A stretch of 63,389 nt of DNA from a virus (Duplodnaviria > Caudoviricetes), in IMG/VR virus record IMGVR_UViG_3300045921_000040, positions 1 to 63,389 of that record. One strand, given 5' to 3'. Position 1 is the stretch's first letter. Each line of letters opens with the position of its first letter. The position numbers were made by a program, and so were the translations under genes. Under the pieces are notes generated by a model that was not told where the DNA came from, did no database searches, and saw only the letters and a list, made by a program, of their open reading frames with translations. Below, piece by piece: positions 56,701-63,389 of the stretch.

Positions 56701-59700
56701 AAACGGGTCTACGCGGTTAATGCGGGCGGAAAAACGAAGCTCAGCCAGAGCCTCACTGCCGTACTTGCGCACGAAATCCTGCATAGCCCGCTTGATAGGG
56801 TTAGCAGCCTCGATGAGGTTGTTGCGGGTCGCACCCATTCTTCGCACGTAGTCAGCCACTTCTACAGCAGCTGAGTGGACGGCTGGGGACTTACGCTTAA
56901 GCCAGTTGAGAATGCCGGATGTTGGCATACCCTTGAGCGCCTTCACTCGCACTGGGCTAGCCGTATCCTCTGCAAAGACGAGCGCGTCACGGAGCTTGCT
57001 GTTTGCTTCCGTAGCCTCATTGATGCCGTCCTCGATGCCATAGACGCTTACGGTATCCCTGACCCTGCGGGCACCGGCACTTGCGCCCTGAATGGCGTCT
57101 TTGACTTCTTTCGGTTGGTCGGCTTTTCGCTTTTTCTGGGCGGCGGCATAGTTGAGTTTGTAATTCGGATCGCCGCTCAGCACGCGAGCTGCCTCAATGT
57201 CCCCCGTGTAAAGCAACTGGTTGCCGATGCGAAGAACTTCAGCGAGCGCGGAGTCGCTCTTGACAGACAGCCCAAGGATATTGCGCACCACCTCAATGAA
57301 GCGCTGGAAGATGGTCTGCTTACCCTTGTACGGTACCGTGTTGAGGTACTCCATCACATCCGGGTTAGAGAGGGTCCAAGCCAGCAGCTCCTGCTCGTTT
57401 TCGAAAGCATTGTTAGAGTCGTAGATAGACTGAATTTCCAAAGCCGTAAGGGCTTCGCCCGACTGCTTACGCTGGTCTATATGGTTAGTAATCGAGGCCA
57501 ACACATCTCGTAGATCGTTGCTAAGGCGCGCAGTGCGTGTGCCTTTCAGACTAGCGTTTTGCCCAAGCTCCAGATATGGGATGGTTGCTACATGCACAAA
57601 CTCGTGCAGTAGCGTCTCGTAACTCATGCCGGTATTCGTACCAGCACTAGCGGGGTTGACATACACCGTGATGCTGAAGCCTTCAGCAACGGCTACAGCA
57701 TTGGCAGCATCTGCGAACGCTTCTTTAGCAAGTTGTGGAAGACTCCCGACATCGTCCGCAATCTGGAAGTCTATATCCACTCCAAATCGCTGTAGCCGCT
57801 TTATCGCATTTCGCACCCCTCGTGCGATGGTTGCAAAGGCTTGGTTGGGAGCGGTGTCCACCAACCAGTCAACTACTTCGCTAGTCAGCTTACCACGAAG
57901 ATCAGCTTCAATCTGCTGTGGCGTACGCTGGTCACTCTTTGCGCCCTTGCCTTGGTGCAGCCGCTGAACTCTGAGTTGCTCACGGTCGATCTTGGCATCG
58001 CGCGCTTCACGGGTATCACCGGCTTTTTCCGCTTCCTTCTGGCGAATGCGGGCACCAAGTTTCTCGTCTTGGCGCATCTCCACCATCGACTTGAGTGCAG
58101 CGCGAGCGGGGTTTAGCAGGCTGTTCTTGACGGCGGCGACAAGTCGATTGTTGGCTTCTTCGGCAGCGGCAGTAGCGGCGGCGCGCTCTTCTGCAGAGGC
58201 ATTGTTGGCCACGCTTGCAGCTTCGATTGCAGCTTTCTCCAGTTTAGCGATGGCGTCGTTCGGCACCATCCGATCTCCTTTCGGAGATAGGCGGTAGGCA
58301 TTAGGACGCTCAAGCCTTCTAAGCAGCTCTGCGCGCTGAAGATTGTCGATGAGCCCCGCTTTACGAGCTGCGTCTACCTCAGCAGTGAAATCCTGTATCA
58401 TCCGCGTAGCCACAGTGGGGTATGGCTGCTCGTTGGACTCTCGCTCTTCTAGTTGCTCAAGGGCGGGAGGAGTCGGCGGTATATAGGGGGTAAGCTCATC
58501 CATACGACCGTAGACCTGATCGGAAAAATCCTGCAGTGTCTTGGCCTTGAGAACTTCTTCCGGCTTCTTACCCAACTGGGTTTCAGCTACGAGCTTATAC
58601 GGGTTAGCATCTTCCGGATCGTAGACGACCTTATAGGCAGCGTTCTCAGGGGCCTGAGCACGCAGCGCGTATTCGATGTCGCCGAGAGTTTCTTCGCGTT
58701 CAGCTTCTTCGCGCTGGCGCTGTTCCTTGGCGCGCTCTTGCGATGCACCCAATCCAGCAAAAACCTGTTCCTGCCTAGCTATGCGCTCCTCATACGGGCT
58801 AAGCTGCTGCGCAGCCAACTCTTCGCGCTTCAGCTCTTCTCCCGGCGCTTCCTGCAGAGGCAGAGCGCCGAACATGTCCATGGTTTGAGTGTCTTTAGGT
58901 CGCCGACCCCGCTGGGGGAAAGCACGACCTGACAAAGAGCCCGGAGGGGGGCCATAAGCAATTTCTTCAAGAAGCTCTACATCCCCACCAGCGGCTTCAT
59001 AGTCGCTGAGAGCAACGGGGTTGTTTAGGATGGTATATGCCGCACCGGGGGTTAATTTTGCGGGGTTTTCGGCAGAATAATAAGCCTGTTCAGTAGGGTT
59101 GGTGACCTTGTAATTTGGCTTTGGTCCCGATTCTGGGGCGGCTTCCTGTCGCTTCGTTGCCCGCGCTTTATTGGTAGCCGCTTCGTTTAGTGACGCGGCC
59201 TCATTGGCGAAGAACTGTTGAGCTGCAGGAGCAAGCGCCCCCTGCATGAGCGCGTCCATACTCGGCGTGCCCTGCATGTCTATGAACTTGCTAGCAAGAG
59301 ACTTGACCAATGGAGCGGGTGGTGTCACCCCTGCGCCCACCAGCTTATCATACATAGATAGGCTACTTCCAAAGCTGGCCTCATCGAGCGGCTGCACCCC
59401 GACTTCCGCAAGCTGTTCCGCAACTTTTGCCTGCGGCGAGACAGTTTCAACGGGCGGAATAATAACAGACGGGGCTTCAGCCTCGTACGCACGCCACAGA
59501 GCCTCCCTTTCCTCAGGGTCCACAGGGGGAGGTGTAGGTTCAGGACTAGGCTGCAGTTCTGGTTCTGGTCCCGGTTGTTCGCCAACCGCGCCCCCCTGCT
59601 CCATCTGGGCAGCCTGCTGTTCGATAGCGGCCTTCCTGGCTCGCATAATCTCTGCGATAGTGCGCGAGGTCTCTTCATCGAACCCACGTTGCTGGAACCG

Positions 59701-60855
59701 CTGTGCAGCGGCATCCATGGTTTCGTCATCCGCATCGGGCGGCATAGCCGAAAACTCTGCAGCCGTATAATCAAGCAGCTTGCGCTCAATATTAGCCGAA
59801 CGGGCACCGCCGTAACCGCCGAGAACAAGCGAAGCGATACCCTCGAACGCAGCCTGACCAGCCACCCCCTTCCACGTATCGACATCGAACCCTTCACGCC
59901 GCAGTGCAAGGTTGGTAGCATAACGCTCCTGTCCGGCTTGAACCGCCTCGGGAACAGCTTCTTCAAGGGCCCCTGTGGCTGCGCCACGAATAGCACCGGG
60001 TGCCTTCTTCCCGGCAGCGCGCATCGCTGCGCGTTCTGCTATGCGATCAGCTGCTTTCCTACCTATGGTACCAGCAATCTGACGCGAAAAACCCGTAGCC
60101 CCTGCGGCTGCACCAATAAGCGCTGCGATGGCGATCTGGTCGGTGTTCTCGCCGCCATATTCCTGCGCTCGTTGCGCAGTCTCTTCAGCTTTGGCCTTGG
60201 ATGTGCGCTCGTCAAGACCTGCTTCCAGTGCTGTTTTGTAGGTAGCTTCGTAGACAGCATCGTAGATTTCACCCTTTACCCCACCGGCGGCGGAAACAGC
60301 ACCTAAACCGGCCATAGAAGCAATAGGGATAAGACTGGCACCGCCAGTTGCGGGAGCAAGAGCACTACCCGCTACCCCAGCAGCGATGAAGGGGACTGCA
60401 GAGCCAGCGACGTTAGCCGTTGTATCCAACGGAGAACGAAGAAACGAGCGCCCGGCAGCTTTGATTTCTTCCCACGTCCCCTTTCCTTCAGCTCGTTGTT
60501 GGTCAATGGCGTTGATAAGCGAGTCCCTACGTGCTTCAGAGGAGCGTAGGTCCTGAGCGCCCTCAGCGACATTCTTGAGGAAATTGGACGCAGGGTTACC
60601 TGCACCGAAGGCATCAGTAACAGTCTTGGTTGTGCTAGCCAACCCACTGACAGCCTCCAACGGAATGTCGGCAAGCCAAGCGGCTGCATCGCCGATAATC
60701 GGGACCTTCTCAAGCGCGTTTTCTTCTTGCGGCGGGACACCAGCTTCGGGGAACTTACTTAGGATGTCGGCTACGACTTGCGCCTTAGTCAGCCCCTCAG
60801 GCCCATTCACCCGATAGACGACGCCGTTCTTGCCGGTAATCTGGTAGATCGGCAT
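53743..60855 (-). CDS. Giant internal virion / polyvalent-type protein (2370 aa) with zincin-like motif
   Basis: LLHEFVH with downstream ELLAW; YFPMMRTGKYW; last late gene. Confidence 0.7.
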   Translation of the reverse strand: MPIYQITGKNGVVYRVNGPEGLTKAQVVADILSKFPEAGVPPQEENALEKVPIIGDAAAWLADIPLEAVSGLASTTKTVTDAFGAGNPASNFLKNVAEGAQDLRSSEARRDSLINAIDQQRAEGKGTWEEIKAAGRSFLRSPLDTTANVAGSAVPFIAAGVAGSALAPATGGASLIPIASMAGLGAVSAAGGVKGEIYDAVYEATYKTALEAGLDERTSKAKAEETAQRAQEYGGENTDQIAIAALIGAAAGATGFSRQIAGTIGRKAADRIAERAAMRAAGKKAPGAIRGAATGALEEAVPEAVQAGQERYATNLALRREGFDVDTWKGVAGQAAFEGIASLVLGGYGGARSANIERKLLDYTAAEFSAMPPDADDETMDAAAQRFQQRGFDEETSRTIAEIMRARKAAIEQQAAQMEQGGAVGEQPGPEPELQPSPEPTPPPVDPEEREALWRAYEAEAPSVIIPPVETVSPQAKVAEQLAEVGVQPLDEASFGSSLSMYDKLVGAGVTPPAPLVKSLASKFIDMQGTPSMDALMQGALAPAAQQFFANEAASLNEAATNKARATKRQEAAPESGPKPNYKVTNPTEQAYYSAENPAKLTPGAAYTILNNPVALSDYEAAGGDVELLEEIAYGPPPGSLSGRAFPQRGRRPKDTQTMDMFGALPLQEAPGEELKREELAAQQLSPYEERIARQEQVFAGLGASQERAKEQRQREEAEREETLGDIEYALRAQAPENAAYKVVYDPEDANPYKLVAETQLGKKPEEVLKAKTLQDFSDQVYGRMDELTPYIPPTPPALEQLEERESNEQPYPTVATRMIQDFTAEVDAARKAGLIDNLQRAELLRRLERPNAYRLSPKGDRMVPNDAIAKLEKAAIEAASVANNASAEERAAATAAAEEANNRLVAAVKNSLLNPARAALKSMVEMRQDEKLGARIRQKEAEKAGDTREARDAKIDREQLRVQRLHQGKGAKSDQRTPQQIEADLRGKLTSEVVDWLVDTAPNQAFATIARGVRNAIKRLQRFGVDIDFQIADDVGSLPQLAKEAFADAANAVAVAEGFSITVYVNPASAGTNTGMSYETLLHEFVHVATIPYLELGQNASLKGTRTARLSNDLRDVLASITNHIDQRKQSGEALTALEIQSIYDSNNAFENEQELLAWTLSNPDVMEYLNTVPYKGKQTIFQRFIEVVRNILGLSVKSDSALAEVLRIGNQLLYTGDIEAARVLSGDPNYKLNYAAAQKKRKADQPKEVKDAIQGASAGARRVRDTVSVYGIEDGINEATEANSKLRDALVFAEDTASPVRVKALKGMPTSGILNWLKRKSPAVHSAAVEVADYVRRMGATRNNLIEAANPIKRAMQDFVRKYGSEALAELRFSARINRVDPFAFETVEEALKGGEDIKAIEDALINNSNDKAMARKLIDEIKAEVRKPSDTTSVFKDKVDLSAPVQGKLAALRGTAINKARTELKVRQLAGRVQAVRDTYAAKERLAKQNGGLELYKAERDYHKDVFEARLALLDERLETEPNLDSEQKKRIRELRAELMREANDAEERKKSGDLFWDLDPDLFPKDYFPMMRTGKYWLRVSEDAKQRREEAFYTFESARDLAKAKRMLAKQLGVDPNDRTVFRSGNDIADLQEVIKSEDALMKRVFDLVNKARDQAKERGSANIDELLDGIFQTYLMTTPERSTRRRFLHAKEIAGFSLNVVDDFNKQVVTNANELTKLAFAGRIRTAVSAMKDVINDPERPDAEAVMLYDFARELEERAEQEINPPPPGSLAASINVLNRVSFLYFLTSAKTALTNFANIPMRVVPRFWREYGYTEGTRMWLKYMQMWDSLGRVQIERTNASFGDYIDAIMPSVNASRFVKNSADLQWAKKAAMERGVLVTTAETIAQNERANTLMPQSGVLAKANDITANTLKAMTFMFTGTENISRQATFYMAFELELNKFRKNNKPDEGESDKDFVERGRRQALFKAMEIVDDTIGNFANWERPSLTKGELSRGFFLFKMHPILQTKFMVGAFRDIIAAPLRGVARQATGRGKLSKQDTAEVAGALKELSGVLMMAGLLGGIAGLPLYTIMVEALAYAFGPDPDDDDDVLKMMQEDAATVYDADIAFRRWLSNYLGVDERGQSTLANILIDGPLGVLTDTEISSTTTMDLVKMWYREPIAGDNLESTTIAALIANVAGFSTASQIMRGIDDFMDGNTREALKKISPAFFRSWVNAYYNSTEGVLNRKGDTIIPKEHITESDTFRSIVGARSLRLAKWQDYYITALKNEKRIEQEKKEILDEIAQKRRDGEFRTVEDFREYIKEVVIPFNRTYPNERFLITEESILRSLTSRDERSSRTLEGREINKKDAERILRSQEMFRPK

Positions 60856-60867
60856 TTGCCTGTCCTA

Positions 60868-62415
60868 TCACATAGAGCCGTAATCAGTGTTTACCACAGT
60901 GGGTTGGACTGCGCCACCGGCAGGATTAGGGAGCCCGAAGGGGTTATTTCCAGCACCCGCCGTGGCAATGCGTGCTCCAGCTGCAGTCTGTGCATTCGCT
61001 ACGCTTGTGAGGTTGTTCTGCATACTGATCGCCTTCTTCGCCTCGATTTCCATGATGGCGAGCTGCCGCTGCTGTTCCCTATCCAACTTAGATATAATGT
61101 ACTGCAGCTCCATCTTACGTTCTTCAGAGACGGGCATGACCTCAGCTTTAGCGAGTTCAAACGCAAGCAGCTCCATCTGCTGCTTCTCCTCGTTCGACTT
61201 GTCCTCAAGCGCCATAAGTGCGTTCAGATCGGCACGCAGCTCCTTACGAGCCTGTTCATCGCCTTCACGCAGCATCGGCAGCGTGTTAAGGGCAGCCGCG
61301 CTAGCAGCCTGCAACAGACTGCCCGGAGATTGGGCAAGCTGGAACCCAAACTGCGCCAGCGCTTCCCAACGGCGTTTCTCCCGTTCAGCTTTGCGCGCTT
61401 CAGGGTCGATTGCTGCTTCAAGCTCAGCAGCCACAGCCTTGCGGCGCTTCGTGTCGGGCGTTACATTGTCGGCCACCATACCACGCGTCCTGCTCATCAT
61501 CTCAAGGATGCTAGGAGTGGACCCGCTGAGTACGTTGTTCATGCTGGTCGGCTTCTCTGTGGCAGTCCTCCCGCCAGTATCCTTGCTCCCACTATAGCGG
61601 CGCGCGAGCTGGGCTTGGTACTTCCTAGTGGCATCACCCCAGAGTCTCTTGTTGGGTCCGGCGAAGTGGTACGCTGCCGCACGCTCGATATCCCCCCCGC
61701 TGAACGCAAGTATGTCTTCAAGCTGCGCATCCATGAGCTTCTCTTGGTAAGCAATACCTTCTTTGGAGCGCCCCTTATCCCCAAACATAAGATCGGGGCG
61801 GTATTCCATACCTAGCCGCTTAGCCAACGCCTTGGCAGTGGCGGGCATAAACTGATACGCCCCCATAGCTCCGCTGCCCTGCCTGTTCAGCACGCCGTAA
61901 TCGCCAGAGCTTTCCTGCTCTCGGAAGGCCGCGCGCAAGCGCTCGCGGTCGATTTCTCCGCCCCCGCCAAAAGCAACAATGCCACCACCTGCATAACTGC
62001 CGTTATCAGGTTCACCAAACATCGCATCAGGCACTGGGAGCGCAGCCAACCCACCATCAGCCATAGCCATAGGGGGAGTAGGAGGGGCACCAACCTCGGG
62101 CATGGGGGCGTTACCCATAGGGGGCGCCATGGGCGGCAAGCCTGCGGGAGAGGAGCTACCGACTCCACCGGCAGGGAGGGGAGGTACCGGAGGAGGGGGA
62201 GGCAAGCCGCCCATGACCTGTTGTGCAACCGTCGGAGGGTTACGCCCTTCCTGCGCCTGTGCAGAGCGCATACGGTCGATAAACATACCAGCAAGGACAC
62301 CGGCAGTGGGGTCAACAATACCCATCTGCATCGCTTCCGCGATCTTCTGCTTGTCCCCGTTGTAAGCCTTGGCAATTTCTTCGGGAGGCTGAATGGTGCT
62401 AAACGGCTTAGTCAT
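60868..62415 (-). CDS. Internal virion protein with lytic transglycosylase-like domain
   Basis: QESSG..AMGAYQFMPATA..AAAYHFAGP. Confidence 0.75.
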   Translation of the reverse strand: MTKPFSTIQPPEEIAKAYNGDKQKIAEAMQMGIVDPTAGVLAGMFIDRMRSAQAQEGRNPPTVAQQVMGGLPPPPPVPPLPAGGVGSSSPAGLPPMAPPMGNAPMPEVGAPPTPPMAMADGGLAALPVPDAMFGEPDNGSYAGGGIVAFGGGGEIDRERLRAAFREQESSGDYGVLNRQGSGAMGAYQFMPATAKALAKRLGMEYRPDLMFGDKGRSKEGIAYQEKLMDAQLEDILAFSGGDIERAAAYHFAGPNKRLWGDATRKYQAQLARRYSGSKDTGGRTATEKPTSMNNVLSGSTPSILEMMSRTRGMVADNVTPDTKRRKAVAAELEAAIDPEARKAEREKRRWEALAQFGFQLAQSPGSLLQAASAAALNTLPMLREGDEQARKELRADLNALMALEDKSNEEKQQMELLAFELAKAEVMPVSEERKMELQYIISKLDREQQRQLAIMEIEAKKAISMQNNLTSVANAQTAAGARIATAGAGNNPFGLPNPAGGAVQPTVVNTDYGSM

Positions 62416-62425
62416 CTACCACTCC

Positions 62426-63389
62426 TTACCCACCCATAGTCCGATAGAGCCCCAACGCCCCAAGGCCGGTACCAAGTATCTGAGAAGCCATAGACGGGGG
62501 AGGTGCGTACGTAGTCTGCGTAGAGTTAAGTTGCATCGGAAGGCCCCGCAGCAAGTTGCTGTATTGGCCCAGCACTTCCATCGGATAGTCCCGCTGGCGT
62601 AGGAAGTCTGCGTATGCCTGATCGAAATACTGCTGCTGTAGAGCCCGCTGCTCAGCCGCCGCTGCGCCCTGCGCCTGAAGACGTTGAAGGTTAGCGATTT
62701 GCTGGAACTGACCGAGGTTACCTAATGTCTGACCCATCTGACCAGCGAGTTCCAGACCAGCCAGCCCCTGCTGCGCACCAAACTGGCGCGATTGTTCACC
62801 GAGACGCTGCGCTTCCAAGCCGAACTGTTGATTGGCGAGGGCCGCACGAAGTGCTTGGTCTGCGTTAAGACCTTGCGTCTGCAGTTGTGCAGCAAGATTC
62901 TGCGCTCTAGCCTGCTGCTCAGCATCAAGATTAGCCAACGCCGCTTGGAGACCGGTTTGGGTGCCCAGTTGCTGCACACCAAGCGCAGCCTGCTGGTCTG
63001 CCTGAGCCCGTGCTACGTCCACACCTTGGTTGGCCAGCGCAGCGCGCAGAGCTTGTTCTTGATTCATGCCCTGTGCTTGGAACTGCAGAGCCTGATTATT
63101 CACCCTAGCCTGCTGCTCATTGGACAAGTTGGCAAGTGCCGTCTGAAGCCCAGTCTGCGTACCGAGCTGCTGCACGCCAAGCGCAGCCTGCTGGTCTGCC
63201 TGAGCCCGTGCTACGTCCACACCTTGGTTGGCCAGCGCAGCGCGCAGAGCTTGTTCTTGATTCATGCCCTGTGCTTGGAACTGCAGAGCCTGATTATTCA
63301 CCCTAGCCTGCTGCTCATTGGACAAGTTGGCAAGTGCCGTCTGAAGCCCAGTCTGCGTACCGAGCTGCTGCACGCCAAGCGCAGCCTGC
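62426..63389 (-). CDS. Q/A-rich internal virion protein, 3' part (joins 1..1029)
   Basis: 66-aa tandem repeats; C-terminal QILGTGLGALGL. Confidence 0.75.
   Translation of the reverse strand, partial: QAALGVQQLGTQTGLQTALANLSNEQQARVNNQALQFQAQGMNQEQALRAALANQGVDVARAQADQQAALGVQQLGTQTGLQTALANLSNEQQARVNNQALQFQAQGMNQEQALRAALANQGVDVARAQADQQAALGVQQLGTQTGLQAALANLDAEQQARAQNLAAQLQTQGLNADQALRAALANQQFGLEAQRLGEQSRQFGAQQGLAGLELAGQMGQTLGNLGQFQQIANLQRLQAQGAAAAEQRALQQQYFDQAYADFLRQRDYPMEVLGQYSNLLRGLPMQLNSTQTTYAPPPSMASQILGTGLGALGLYRTMGG
62950..63389. repeat. 198-bp tandem repeat
   Basis: catgccctgtgc at 63065 and 63263; partial further copy toward 62950. Confidence 0.85.

Noticed and set aside
63263-63389. Biological direct terminal repeat
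   Set aside because: Exactly 127 nt, a typical assembler k-mer overlap, and it falls inside a coding tandem repeat
1-63389. tRNA, rRNA or integrase genes
   Set aside because: None recognised by eye; tRNAscan and HMM searches would be needed to exclude them

Overview
Apparently complete (circularly assembled) ~63.3 kb tailed dsDNA phage genome with podovirus-like architecture. Morphogenesis and lysis genes lie on the minus strand (terS/terL, portal, GroES, scaffold, major capsid, adaptors, tail fibres, lysis cassette, large internal virion proteins). Early and replication genes lie on the plus strand (MoxR AAA+/vWA pair, VRR-NUC, family A DNA polymerase, PD-(D/E)XK nuclease, SNF2 helicase, SSB-like protein, primase-helicase). 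Two features stand out. (1) A nuclease-less Nop/IS110-like protein (37731-38591) is followed by ten exact 36-nt dual-repeat, dual-spacer units (38573-38932), which matches a TIGR-Tas-type RNA-guided system. (2) polA carries two inteins: a naturally split intein with a free-standing HNH gene between its halves, and a contiguous intein whose interior encodes an out-of-frame HNH endonuclease interrupted by a single TGA that falls on a Gly wobble position of the polymerase frame. Other observations include an Endo VII gene fused to a duplicated host-gene 3' end, a G-run repeat next to terS, repeated promoter and RBS cassettes, and a recurrent [FYM]AxGG motif in late proteins. All family calls come from motif recognition and gene order by eye; no database searches were run.
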